From Adineta vaga (Eukaryota; Animalia; Rotifera), in assembly GCA_021613535.1 (NCBI GenBank), contig CP075493.1, positions 15,934,001 to 15,998,000 on the forward strand: a stretch of DNA of 64,000 nt, given 5' to 3'. Numbering within the stretch: position 1 is the first letter of the stretch; every line of letters starts with the position of its first letter. This document shows positions 1 to 13,227 of the stretch, piece after piece. A program made the translations under genes and the position numbers. The notes below the pieces were generated by a model that saw nothing but the letters and a program-made list of their open reading frames with translations, was not told where the DNA came from and ran no database searches.

Positions 1-2735
1 ATCAAATTATTACAAGTTCAAATCCATCTTATGATGTCTATCAACAATTATATGATAAATATCCAGATACATTAAAATGTCCATGTGAACAAGTGTCTAT
101 TCCATATAGAACATTTATCAATATTACATTCGAATTGCATCAAGTATGTTCGAGTGATTTAATTTCACCAGCATGGTTAGATTATGTAACATCTCTAGAT
201 CCTATTGATCTACCTTATGTAATAGTATTTACTGATTTTCGAGCTAGTGGTGCTTGGTATTTTCAACTTTTGGCCATTTTTTGTACTTTGACTGAACGAT
301 ATCTCAAAGATGCACAAGATATTTTTATTAATACACGTTTTATCAATACTCACATTCTTAGTTCATCAATCTTTATGCAACAAACTGCAGCAATAATTGA
401 ATCATATATTGATGGTATGCAGAATGATTTTCAACGTTCAATTGATTACATTAAAATTGGTTTAAGTTCTAATCAAATTTTGACTGGAACAAACACTAAT
501 TTTCGTACCGTCATTGATGAAAATGATATGATAAGTATCAGAAATGCATATTTTCATGCGATATATAGAATAGATGGTGATGGTCTGTATGCTTATGGTG
601 ATTGTCAATGTGGATTGAGAGATTCTGAATGCTTCGGATGGAATTTTATATTTCCAAATATGAGTAACAAACCACAAAATGAATATTATTTTCCATATAT
701 ACCAGTTGGTTGTATACCTTTAATTGGTTTTCTTGCATCAACATTTTCTTGGTGGTATGATAAAACATATTTTGATCATATTCAAACATCATATGCAGCA
801 ATAATTAACTCAAAATCAGTACCAAAGATAGAACAACTCGATAGATTAATAATGACTCGATTTTATAATAAAACAATGGAAGAATTACTTCGTGAAATGT
901 TTGTAGAAAAATGGATTACTAATAATACAGATTTCAAACAATTTTATAATGCATGTGCACCAATTTTTTGTTCATATACAATTATACAACGTCGTGATAT
1001 TATTGTTCTATTACTTCTTTTAATTTCTATTGGTAGTGGATTAAATAAAATCCTACGAATATTTATACCATTTATCGGTAAAGTTGTTTTCTTCTTTATT
1101 GATTATTGCAAAAATCGAGGTACACAACATGGTAAGTAAATGAAAATCTAAGTATATCTTTATGCACTTGACTCACACTTTTCTCTACATATGATCCGTT
1201 ATAGTGATTTCCAGGAAATTGTATATATTTTGAATATCAAAATGAATCTCTGAAAATCATTAAAACGCATCAAATCCTTCTCTATTGAAATTAACTTATT
1301 GTATCAACATATAAATTCGATATTTTTAGTACCATATAATCTTGTTACTCGTCTCAAACATCTCTTCAGTGTTATTTATAATCTTATTATAAATATAAAT
1401 TTATACAAAACAGAACCTACCAATGTACAACTTCAAAAAACATATACAAGAATTTATGCACTATTATTTACGAGTTCTCTCATTATATTACTCTTTTATA
1501 ATGCAATTATCGAACGAAGTATTACAAAAACATATACAACACCTTCAATTATAAATTATGAATATTTATTAAGTATTTATTCTGAAAATGTTAATTGTCC
1601 ATGTACATATATTGCAATTCCTTATGATAAATTTATTACAGAATTACGTGTTAATACATTTCATCAAGTATGTTCATCCAATGTGGTATATTATGTTTTT
1701 CAATCAGGTATTTATTAAAATTAAATTTTCATATGTAATTAAGGATGAAAAGTATCGTATATCCAGTTTTAATTTTAACTTATATAATTGTAAGAAATCA
1801 ATCATTGTATATTTTTAGGTGATTCGTATCCTGCACGCAGATATTTGAGTGAAAATGATTTTCGAAATAATAAACTAATGTTTGTTAAAGTTCTCCGACA
1901 ACTTTGTACATTAGCACAAAAGACCGTTGAAGATAGTATTACAACATTTCTTATTTCGTCCATGTTTGTTAAACAAATGATCTCGTATGATCAATTTCAT
2001 ATCGAAATCAATGATATAATAAATCAATTTAAGAAAAAGATATCACTTGAATTTGCTCGTACATTAAGTATAATTCGTATAATTCTTCAAGGAAATGCAT
2101 TAGTTGGTCATACACCATCGAATTGGCGATTTGTTGTAAATAAACAAAATCAAGAGAACAATACATCGTTTCATACTGAACCTGTTTATTATATCAATTC
2201 AGAACAAAATACCAGTTGTTCATGTATTACTCAACAAACTTGTACGATGCCAGCAATGATGTATGAAGAATTATTGTCTATGCCATTGGAAGGCTTCAAA
2301 TTAGGCTGTTCTATACTTGAAACAGTACTTCTATCATCATTATCATGTCTTTATTCGAGAATATGTATTAAACAGTACACCATTTTGACATACAAATACG
2401 ATTTTTTGGAGAAATATTTCAATGGTACAAATGAAGTTATACAATTAAATTCATCATTAACACGATTTCATATTAATGATACGATTGAGATAATGGCTAA
2501 TGAAATGTTTATTGAATCATGGATAAGTAATGTTTCTTATGAAAGATTTTTTAATAGTTGTGCACCAAATTATTGTATTTATAAATATTATTATCGGTTT
2601 GATGCATTTGAATTAGTAACAATATTCTTAAGTGTATATACTGGTGTATCTACTATAATTCAATTTATTGTACCATATTTGGTTGATTCAATCAAAAAGA
2701 TTCATCACCGTTTTCGCATTGCCCCATCTCAATAA
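1..2735 (+). CDS. Large multi-exon membrane protein of an uncharacterised repeated-domain family (CPC..C SS / W..Y..CAP..C.Y + TM), 5' end outside window
   Basis: ORFs 93-1139, 1299-1718 and 1845-2735 share repeated motifs (LKCPC/NCPC, HQVCSS, FYNACAPIFCSY/FFNSCAPNYCIY followed by TM helices); GTAAGT donor at 1132 and intron ~1709-1818. Confidence 0.7.
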
Positions 2736-3288
2736 TTTCATATTTTCATTAAAGCTTATTTATGTTTTATTCAACCAAGCTATTACATAAATGTTGTTCG
2801 TTAATTTATTCTATTTGTGCTTAGATTTTAAGTAAAATAACCTGAGAAGTAAATGTGAACATTGGACAATTTAATCGAAGTATTAATAAATGGTTTTTTT
2901 TTCTATTGATCATTTCTACTTATTCACATCGTCAAACAACGTTCACTTCTAGTCTAAGATCGACTTTGTTCAGTGTTTCCATATTCTATAGGTACCACTA
3001 GATTTTTATTGTAATTTATTAAATGATAAATCAGTGTCTGAAATTGTAGTGTCATAATCATTGATGTGATAAACTCGAACATGGAAGAAATAATAGTCAT
3101 TTATAATGAAAATGAGATAATAGAACAAAAGAGCGAATAATTTCTATACTACCTCTAATCAGATGAAAACCATTCAAAAGTTAAGCGGATCATTCCAATA
3201 CACACTAAATATAGGTGGCATTCTCGAGAAGTAAGCAAAAATGAAAGAAAGTATTTTTTATTATTTTTCTGCTTCGCTTTGTAATATA

Positions 3289-3359
3289 TTGGGTGTGGGT
3301 GTGGGTGTCGTTGTGAATATATTTTAGCCAACAGTCTCCACACTCACCCACACCCTCAA
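3289..3359. repeat. Palindromic telomere-like site
   Basis: TTGGGTGTGGGTGTGGGTG-tcgttgtgaatatattttagccaacagtctc-CACACTCACCCACACCCTCAA. Confidence 0.9.
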
Positions 3360-3362
3360 ATA

Positions 3363-3884
3363 GCTCATGCGAAGAATATTGCTTGGGCTAATAAACTTTC
3401 AATTTTAAATCAAATACCGAATCAAATTCGTTTTTTTGTGACTGGATCGACTATTGTTCCATCATCTATTCAAATAACAGATATTCCATCATTAATCAAT
3501 CGTCAATTTATATTTTTTGATAATTGGATTGCAGTTGATTCAAATTCTAAAGTAACAATGACTTGGCCACCTAATCGTCATTCAAATATTTCTAAAACAA
3601 GTCAATCAATTTCAGGTTCAGTTTTGAATTTAGCATTTCCAACTGAAAGAATTATCCATCAAATTTATGCTTTAGAACAACGGATTAATAATACATATTC
3701 GAATATCAATGCACATCAAGCTGCTGAATATTGGGCTACATATCTTATATCAAATGCTTTTTATGAATCGAATATGTTTGAACAATTAAAAAATAATTTG
3801 CAATCATTGATTAATGATGCTTATGAAACGAATTCAGAAATTATTCAACATTATCCATTATTAAAAAGAATCTTTACCAATTAG
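3363..3884 (+). pseudogene. 5'-truncated gene fragment, product unknown
   Basis: Frame open from the edge of the site (AHAKNIAWANKLS...) to stop at 3884; no ATG near its start and no upstream exon inside the segment. Confidence 0.5.
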
Positions 3885-4294
3885 ATTAACTTACTTGTTG
3901 TAGGTAGTAAATGTTTTTTTTTGTATTGTCTTCTTTTTAAAATGATCACTACTCTTACGTTTTCAAGCAAAGTCATATCATTCAATGTTAAGTACCGATA
4001 ATAATGACCTAACTGCATATAGAATCTGCTTTTCAACAATAGATCACGAAAGAAGGCAAATTCAGTTACATCACAATATATTCTTCATTTCTGAAACAAT
4101 TCTATGATACGCTGAATGACTTTCTTTGGTTATAATGAAAACGATCTACACCGACATACTTACCCGCGACATCTTTTGACGCTAATAAGAAAAATATCGT
4201 ATTGAAAAATATTATTTCTTTTGCGTTCTATTTCGAGATAAGGTCATGTTTGGTTACTTACTACACCTTTCATCATATCATACAAAAAAAAACG

Positions 4295-5453
4295 ATGTCT
4301 AAAAGTTTCATTCTAACTCTGAATACATTGCCTATTGAATTAGTTTATCGTATACTGGATAATCTTGAACCATTAACAATTCTTCTATCATGTCGAAATG
4401 TTAACCTGCGACTTAATAACATCATTGATACTTATTATCGATTCCAGGTAAACATTAATCAGTTTCTTTGGCTGTATTCTCTAATACGAAAGAAATAAAA
4501 GAGAGCTTACGCCATTTATCTTTTCTTTGCAGACATTTACCAAATTGAATTTTCCCGATGGTTTAATGAGCAATGAAAAAATACAATCCTTAGCCATTGC
4601 ATTACAAAACAATACAGTAAGAGACTTCTTATTCTTCTCATCCATATGTACGTATAATATCATCCCTCAATATAGACACTGACTTTGGTAGATCTTAGTT
4701 GGAATTTTTTCGGTCATGAAGTGCCACAATATTTAGCTCTTGCCTTACAGAGTAACAGAGTAAGAGAATTTCCCTTACATCATTTATATAACTGTTATAA
4801 TCATTCGATCCAGACATTGACTATATTGAATCTTGAGCGCAATCAAATTGGTCCACAAGGTACGCAATATCTAGCTTACGCATTAAGAATTAATCATGTA
4901 CGGAACATTCCCTTTGAGTTAATCATTTATCCATCATAGGCATTTAATTCAGACACTTATTGAATTGAATCTACGAGCCAATAACATCAACGCCGATGGA
5001 ACAAAATATTTGAGTCAGGCATTACATGTCAACAGAGTGAGAAAATAATTATATCTTAGTTTCTTTTTATCATTTAATGTAGACACTTACTAAAGCAAAT
5101 CTTAGCGAGAATCTTATTGGTAATAAAGCAACACAATATATAGCTAATGCATTGCAGAACAACAAGGTAGTAAAAAATTTTCAATCCTATTAATCAAATG
5201 TTCAACATTTTTTCGTTTGCTACAGACACTCACTACACTAGATCTCAGCGATAATCGTATTGATGATGAAGGAGCAGAGTATTTAGTTCATGCACTAGAA
5301 AATAATACAGTGAGAGAAATTTCTTTTTGCAGATCACATGTTGAATATCATCGTTCGTTTCAGACATTGATCTATCTGTATATTAGCCGCAACAATATTA
5401 GTCATAAATACGCACAATATCTGAATCATCGAAACGCGACCAAAAATAATTAA
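4295..5453 (+). CDS. F-box plus RNI-type leucine-rich repeat protein (multi-exon)
   Basis: LNTLPIELVYRILDNL F-box; repeated short exons such as TLTTLDLSDNRIDDEGAEYLVHALENN separated by ~55-65 bp introns. Confidence 0.85.
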
Positions 5454-5909
5454 AACGTTTAAATAAGTAATATAAATCTATAGTGCATTGCGGAACGTCA
5501 TTGTTCACGTCAACTACAAATCATATTAGACAAAATAGTATGTAATCTTTTCTTTATTGACAATGGCACAAAACAACATACATATATGACTTTAACAGTA
5601 AAACGTCAATCTTATTCTCATTCCATATATAGAACAGAAAAGTAATCAAATCAATTTCCTGTCAAATGCATTCATACGCAATATGGTAAAAAAAAGTAAA
5701 CGTCTTGAAGAAGAAAAAAACATTACCATGTGAGTTAGCAACTTAATTCTTTTGCTTTAATGCTCTTAGATTGATTATCTTAGAGACTCATTTATAAAAT
5801 GTAAGTAAAAGTCTTTTTCCTAGATTTTAATTTGTTTATATACAAAAAAAGAAGTGAAAAGAAATAGATACTTTTTTCTTGCTCATAGATTCATTGTATT
5901 AAAAAATTC

Positions 5910-6875
5910 ATGTCGAATTCATCCGATAGTCTTGCTGAAACTTTAAATATAGTCACCACTTGGATCTTTCATGTTTGTTGTGTTTTGCAAATTATTTTTG
6001 GAACATGTGGAAATCTCTTCAATATCATTATATTTACTCGACCAACATTACGAACCAATCCATGTTCAATGTATTTTTTAGGTGGTTCAATTACTAACTT
6101 GTTTGAAATCTACACAGTGCTTCTTCATCAATATCTTATAAATGCATGGAAGTGGACTTCTACAGCTAACAGTATTGTTTGGTGTAAAATACTCAACTGG
6201 TTGGTAAATTCTGTTGCATGTCTCGCGTTGTGGTTTTTGGTCCTTTCAAGCTACGATCGATTCCTTATCAGTTCTCGAACTGTAGAAATTCGTCGTATGA
6301 GTAATACACGATTAGCTAAGAAAATGATCGCATTTACAACTCTCTTCTTTCTTATAATTTTTGCTCCTGCACTATTCTTCTTTACAATTATAAAGTCTGG
6401 TGGTACAAGTGGTTGTACTATTCAAGTATCAACATATTTAATTTTTATCAATTTCTTATTTGTTATCTTTGGTTGCACCTTACCGATCATATTTATGGTT
6501 ATTTTTGGCACTTTAACATTCATCAATGTTCGTAAATCTCAAAATCGCATTGCCCCACAAGGCAACAATATAAGACAAGAACGACTTCGTGCAAATGATC
6601 GTCAATTGATTCGAATGCTTTTATCTCAAGTATTGATCACGACTCTCCTTTCGGTACCCTTTTGCTTTTTGAATATGTATTATACGTTTACTACAATTTT
6701 GCCTAAACAACAACTTTCAATATCCGATCGAACAATTTTGAATTTCATAGGCAATATGACTCGACTACTTTATATTACTAGTTGTGTGATTGGCTTTTAC
6801 GTATATACTTTGAGTAGTTCGAACTTCAATGCTGAATGCCGACGTTGTATTCGACATGGTTTACAAAGAATTTAG
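5910..6875 (+). CDS. Class A (rhodopsin-like) 7TM GPCR, intronless
   Basis: 321 aa, seven hydrophobic helices, GN in TM1, SYDRF at end of TM3. Confidence 0.9.
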   Translation: MSNSSDSLAETLNIVTTWIFHVCCVLQIIFGTCGNLFNIIIFTRPTLRTNPCSMYFLGGSITNLFEIYTVLLHQYLINAWKWTSTANSIVWCKILNWLVNSVACLALWFLVLSSYDRFLISSRTVEIRRMSNTRLAKKMIAFTTLFFLIIFAPALFFFTIIKSGGTSGCTIQVSTYLIFINFLFVIFGCTLPIIFMVIFGTLTFINVRKSQNRIAPQGNNIRQERLRANDRQLIRMLLSQVLITTLLSVPFCFLNMYYTFTTILPKQQLSISDRTILNFIGNMTRLLYITSCVIGFYVYTLSSSNFNAECRRCIRHGLQRI

Positions 6876-7089
6876 ACAATAATATTGACAACGAAGAACA
6901 ATCTTTAAGAACAACTGAAAATGTAAATGGAGTTCGTCTCACTTAGTAACATCAAACTGTCGGTGACACAACCACTTTATAAATATTTAGGACAAAACTT
7001 TTCATTTTTCTTAATTCATATATATTTTTTGTCATTTTGTCCTGCATAGTGAATATTTATCACAATATAAATTATGAACGAAATATTCA

Positions 7090-7935
7090 CTACAATTTCA
7101 TTATAAGTACAATAAGAAAATTGCGTTTCATCCCATCCCATTCCACACGGAGCTCTGATTTATTAGAACAATCGATGCCAATGTTAAAATAAAGAAACAT
7201 CATTCCAAGATTAAAAAGTAAATTTTCAATTTGAATATATAGAAATAATTTTTCAATATTTAATTGTAAATACATAAACAGCACTTTCAACTAAAACCAT
7301 TTTTAATAGTACTCGATCTTTATGTTGAATAATCAAATTATTATTATTATTATTACTTGTAGATTCATTAACTATTAGTCGAATGCGTACACGTAATTTC
7401 TTGACATTATAATGAGTTAAACTGCCAAATACTAGCAGTAACAATGGTGGAATAAGAGAAACAGTAATTAAAAAAGAAATAAAATATATAAGTTTGTAAA
7501 TACCAAATTGACCACATACACCATTTTGAATTATTGTTAAAATAATTGCATGAATACTCACTATATGCCAAAGGATAACAATAAATGCAATAATACTTCG
7601 AATGACGATAGGTTGACTGAGTATTTTGAAACAAGGATTATTTTTAATTAATAAATAACGATCAATGCATGACTGAAATAGAATTGTATTTTACAAAAAT
7701 ATATATCTACATTTGCGGGATCCGGATTGAATTTACGAGAAAATTTTGACCAAAAATTGAGACCAATGTTAAGACCATTGAATATTGTAGCGATTATTAA
7801 ACATAATGCACAGGAATTTTTCCAACGTGAAGCAAATAAAATGATAATACAAATATTTCCAAAAATACCAGCAGTGATGATTAATAACGACTAAATTCGT
7901 TTTGTATATTTTGTAATATAGAAGATGTCGATATT
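7090..7935 (-). pseudogene. Degraded class A GPCR
   Basis: Fragments in different frames (IFGNICII, CIDRY, LIPPLLLLVFGSLT, DRVLLKMVLVE) with frameshifts. Confidence 0.7.
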
Positions 7936-8782
7936 CTTACTTTTCCCTGTAAGTATAAATTTTATGTCTAGTAAGAATAGATACTTCTTTAGGTATAGAA
8001 TAATTTTTACATAAAGAAATGGATGAATAATAAACCTCTCCTTTATTCGTTTCTTTCATCAAAGAAAATTTAATAATTAGTAAATTGTAAAGATTGTAAA
8101 TATTAAACATAATACTTTTGCACTTTTTATTCAAGTTCAACTCGATGTAAAAATCTATTTCAATAGAATTTCTTTACAAGTAATTATTCTAACTTAATAA
8201 TTGAAAGAAAAAATGTTCTTTAATATCGACAATTACGCTTGAGTGAAAACTCTTAATGTATTTCCGCCTCTATATAGAAATGAGTAGATCAATTCAATTT
8301 TCTAACAAGTTTATTATTATTCTCTCTCCTGATTTTCTTCATCTACGTCTTTTATGCTTCTCGATTTATGTCCATTTCATAATTAAGAATCAAGTATTTT
8401 GTACTTGATTACAAATGTCATTTGTAATTCAACCATTCTGATTTTGTTTATAATGAAACGCTGCGTTAAGTCGTTTTCTATAAAATATTTCTATCATCAC
8501 TTTCATCGTTAAGATCAAGACGGCTTTTTTTACGGTCGAGCCTAACTGGATCGGTCTCAATCAAATACTTTTCAAAATCTGATGAAAATTCTAAGCTTTT
8601 ATTTCATTCAATAAACATACTACATCTAATTTGTTCATTCCCTCGACTGAAACAAGAGTCATGTTACGAAAAAACTGAAATTCGTTCGTATATTTGCTGC
8701 GGGTCAGAGGTCAAAGGTCACCAATGAAACGGATTTCATATTAAAAGCATATTCCATAATATCTTACGAAGACACGCCTGGA

Positions 8783-8880
8783 TGAGGGTGGGTGTGGGTG
8801 TGGATGTAGACTCTTGGCTAAAATATATTCACAACGACACCCACACCCACACCCACCCACACCCACCCACACCCTCAAGA
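8783..8880. repeat. Palindromic telomere-like site; spacer is the reverse complement of that at 3289
   Basis: TGAGGGTGGGTGTGGGTGTGG-atgtagactcttggctaaaatatattcacaacga-CACCCACACCC...CACCCTCAAGA. Confidence 0.95.
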
Positions 8881-9091
8881 CAATTAAAACAGGAATATTT
8901 CGAAGTGGTTTGGCTTAGTTTAATATTAAATTTTTCAGTATTAACAAATAAAGGACACTCGTCCTTACAGTTATACTTTCTGATGTATAAACAAAAAAAC
9001 TAATGATAAATATAAATAGATATACATTTTTCTCTGACGTTTATCATCAATACTTGAAAATAGAACAACATTTTTATATGATTTTATACAG

Positions 9092-10685
9092 TTACAAATG
9101 TGTATTATGTGTTTGTATTAAATTAGTTAATTTTCTCCTCATAAGATGAAATTGATGTCGAATAAGTCGATATAACATTTCAGCAAGTTCCATTAATGAA
9201 AGAAAACTAATTCCAATCCAAAGACCGGTTTGACCACCAATATTTGATAAAACATCCACAGGACTTAATGATGCTTGTTGAATATAACTTGTAACTCGAG
9301 TTGTTTCACAAACAATATCTAAACCAACATAATTTGTTTGAATATCATTTCTCCATGTTATTGACCAATTTAAAGGTAATGGAATTGATGATGATTCAAC
9401 AAATGCTTTTATATCATCAATATCCCATTCCATTGGTGCAAGACTTGATGATATTTTCAATGGAAATTCAATATTAGAACAATCTAAACCACAATTTGAA
9501 CCATATTTATGAAAAATTTCTGGTGTACTTTGAAATCGAGTTGTTGCATTTGTATAACAAAGATCCGATACACTACAAAGTTGTGATTGAATAACGGTTG
9601 AACTTCCTAGAGGAAGAACATAACGAGCAGACCATTGAGATGGATCAACACAACCACATTGTTCATAAACATAAGTTTGAACAGCTGTTGTAAAACAAAT
9701 TTCAATTGTATAATCATAATTTGCACCAGAAAACTGATCATATAAAGCTTTCATTTCAGGTGTGACAGTATCAGCACATGTTGTATAAGGTGATGGTAAA
9801 AATGTTGTTGTTGATTTACTGTAACCTAATTTATGTCGTCGGCCAGGTATTAGTTGAACACCAAATTTTTCAATAATTGGTAATTTTCGATTATCATGAA
9901 CCATTGTTACTATACTCACAGCTATTTATAGAAAGAAAGAAAAAAAAACTAAGATTAAATTTAAAGAATATTTTTACCATTTGATAAATATGGAACATAT
10001 TGATGGCTATGTAAATAAAGATCTAATTGTAATAAACCACTCATACCATTTTCACTATTATAATGTAATTGACCATTATTTATATTTGATGCATCAGCAT
10101 TAAATGTATAACATAAACCATAAATTGGAGATATAAATGATACAAAATCATTAATTGAACAATTCAATTCATTATATGTACATTTAATTAACATTTCTTT
10201 TAATGGATAATAATATTCATTTAAGGATTGATTTTCATTTATAATATGTTGAATAAAATCAGAAATATATAATGATTGTTGTTTCGTAAATGTATTTGTA
10301 TTTGTTGAATTTGTATAATTTAAAAATGGTTTTATTATTTTATCATAACGATATGGTGAATAATTACAAATAGTTACACCTGGAAATGCTTGTGGCCATT
10401 CATCAGTAGCATCAATTGTTGTTTGAGTTGGATAACTATAATAAGCAAGTATTGCTGTTACGATAAAATATGACATTATACCAGTAAAAGCAAGAAATGA
10501 AATTAACCAAAAAGTACAATTATGAATACTTTGACTTCTTGCAATACCAGGAATACCATGAGCTGATGTATTTAAACTAAATTCTTTAATTATATCACGA
10601 CGTTGACCTAAATTTGATTGAGGTTTTAATGCATCAGCATCTATTGGAAATACTGTAGCAATATGTTGAATTGAATAATCTGTCA
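9092..10685 (-). CDS. DEG/ENaC (ASIC-like) amiloride-sensitive sodium channel, two exons
   Basis: TSAHGIPGI, FPGVTICN, GLCYTFN, Cys-rich domain, LSNIGGQTGLWIGISFLSLME; short intron near 9923-9978. Confidence 0.93.
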
Positions 10686-11203
10686 TTTTAGAATTTGACA
10701 AAAAATTAAATCTGATCAATGATTTATTCTATTATATTTAAAGTAATCGTGTTTTTTGAATACAAATAAATACTAGAAATCTAAGTCATGACATTTACAT
10801 AAACTGCGTAGTTATAAAATTGACATAAATATATGTTTTGACGGAATGAAGTAGGAATAATAAAAAGAACAAGAACTTCTAAATCGAATGGTTTCTTTAA
10901 GTATATTTTCTTTTCTATTTATTTAAAATCGTTAGTCCAATTATTACCATTGATTAAATATCAATGGCACGATATTGGACTATTTTGTTTTCTTTTGAAT
11001 AATTCATGCCCTCAAGGGTATTATTAATTCTGAAGAAAGAGAAATAGATTTGACGGTTTTCAAAACGAACACAACCTTCGATTATAAATGACCTTATTTC
11101 AAATAAGGCAAAATGATTCTTTTTTTTCTATTTATTTTCAAATATTCAAACTAATGGAATGGATAATCTATTTCTTTTCTACTCTAATTTGAAAAAACTT
11201 TTT

Positions 11204-11258
11204 TCAGGGTGTGGGTGTAAGTATTACTTAAGCAAAATACCCACACCCACCCTCTAAG
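11204..11258. repeat. Palindromic telomere-like site
   Basis: TCAGGGTGTGGGTG-taagtattacttaagcaaaata-CCCACACCCACCCTCTAAG. Confidence 0.9.
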
Positions 11259-11294
11259 CCATTCGTGAATTGTCTTAGTCGAAATGAAACTAGT

Positions 11295-12443
11295 TCAAAT
11301 CTTTAGATATTTTTCAATGAACTTATGCTTCAGCTTCTTATAATCATCAGTCATAATTTTGAAGAGATTTCCAAAAGTTGGATGCGGTTTGATGTAAGTA
11401 TCAAAAGACCGTCTGAACAATCCGAGGATGTAGAGATAGTAAAGAATAATACCGTAATCTGCCTCTTGCATGACATTTTCAATGGAATCTCTTCCTAAAT
11501 CATCAAAGTCATGAATGTAATTCAGCTTCTTTGTTTCTTGGAGATAATAAATCAGGAATTCTCTTCGTTGATCCATTTCTGGAATAGCATGACCAGTCAG
11601 TTTGTTTTCTTCATTCCATTGGAAGATGTAGTTGGAAAAATGACCACCAATGTCGAAAGCTCTTTCGCAGTAGCATGAAAATTCAAAGTCACACAAAAGT
11701 ACTCGAAGTTTACCTTCAACTTCAGTTTTTCGGACCAAGAGATTCAAGAAGTTTGAATCTCCATGACTCATTACTATACGTGACTTAATTTTGTCTTTCA
11801 CAAGCAAAGCCCATTCCAACTCTTCAATAATGTTCCAATCGAGAAAAACTTCGATATCTTGAAAGTTATTGATCTTGTCTTTAACAGAATCTTTGATCTC
11901 GTTCCAATGTGACTTTAATTGTGAAATTGGCACTTTCTCAATGAATTCTTTAGTTTTTTTGAGCACATTAAATCCTCTTTTATTGAGTGGCAGGTTCATT
12001 GAATGAAATCTTGCTAAAGATTTTGCGATTTCTCTGGCAATATTTGGTTCCAGTGCGAGTAATGGTGTTAGTTTAATAGTTTCGATATATTCGACTACCA
12101 TAGAATTACCATAAAGACAATAGAGTTTGGGTGCACATCCATAGTTAGAAGCACCATTGGTGATAATAATTTCTTCCTTTTCAGTTGTAGAAGAAAAGCC
12201 TTGATTACTGTCTCGCATGAGGTTTCCACCAGAAACTCTTATGATAACTTGATGTGGTTCGTCGCTGGTAGAATTAGTGTTGCATGCTTCTCGAGAAATC
12301 AACCAAATGGTATTTGAATATCCTCCTGAGAGTTTCATCACAGTTATGTCGTCCGTTTTTAGTAGAGACCACTCTCTCAAGAAGACTCTGGTTACTAAAT
12401 CCAAGGCTCCTTCAGGAGACATTGTGTTGTCAGTATCACTCAT
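11295..12443 (-). CDS. Choline/ethanolamine kinase-like protein, intronless
   Basis: LSGGYSN, SHGDSNFLNLL (Brenner motif), LCDFEFSCYCERAFDIGGHF. Confidence 0.88.
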   Translation of the reverse strand: MSDTDNTMSPEGALDLVTRVFLREWSLLKTDDITVMKLSGGYSNTIWLISREACNTNSTSDEPHQVIIRVSGGNLMRDSNQGFSSTTEKEEIIITNGASNYGCAPKLYCLYGNSMVVEYIETIKLTPLLALEPNIAREIAKSLARFHSMNLPLNKRGFNVLKKTKEFIEKVPISQLKSHWNEIKDSVKDKINNFQDIEVFLDWNIIEELEWALLVKDKIKSRIVMSHGDSNFLNLLVRKTEVEGKLRVLLCDFEFSCYCERAFDIGGHFSNYIFQWNEENKLTGHAIPEMDQRREFLIYYLQETKKLNYIHDFDDLGRDSIENVMQEADYGIILYYLYILGLFRRSFDTYIKPHPTFGNLFKIMTDDYKKLKHKFIEKYLKI

Positions 12444-13227
12444 GTTTGCCGATAAGAAATTTAACTAAAAGAATCGTGTTCGATCGTCGACCGTTTTAGA
12501 CAAAGAAGAGAATGAAAAAGCAAACCACAAATGAAAAAGAAAAGAACATGATAAAGGAGGACAACGAATTTCGTCCAGCATAAGTGGATAAATTGACGTC
12601 ATTCGGTGACATCTTTTGATACTATACCAAAAATCAACAATGACTATAATTAAGATGATTGATTAGAATTGAAAGAAATTTTTGTCATCAATTACTAAAG
12701 AAATAATCTTTTTATTTAATATTTCAAATTCAACAAATTGTAATTTCCATGTATAGTATGAAAAATGAGTTAAATTATTCGATAATGTTAATTTCGTATA
12801 ATTTCTAATCAAGTCGTTCTCTCCGAATAAAGAATGCCAGGAAAAATGGCAAATCGCATGATATGGATCATCATCATCATCATCAATGACTAGTCGAATT
12901 GGAAGAGGAATATTGTATTTAATTCTATCGAGAAAATAACAGCACTATTTCGTATTTTCATTTACATAAAGCGAAATAATCCGAGATCTATTTGAAACAA
13001 TGATATTTTTATAATCTAATTTTGTCTGGAATGAAAAATAGAAGTATATATTTAAATTTAAGAATGCTTTGTACAATTCAAAACGTTCTAAATATAATAT
13101 TTTTCAACTTTAGAAATACTTACTGCTATCTTATAGTAAGTGTAAATGGAAGTGTTTAGTCGATATATATTACTCCTATCGTCGAAACCATTATTTTATT
13201 GATTAATAAAGATTCAACTTTAAGAGA

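Noticed and set aside
8782-9003. Short ORFs with VGVGV or HPHPH runs (also 3155, 27739, 28421, 32494, 53043, 58987)
   Set aside because: They are translations of the hexamer arms, not genes.
10997-11030. Small hairpin around CCCTCAAGGG
   Set aside because: No telomeric arm and wrong polarity; too short to assign.
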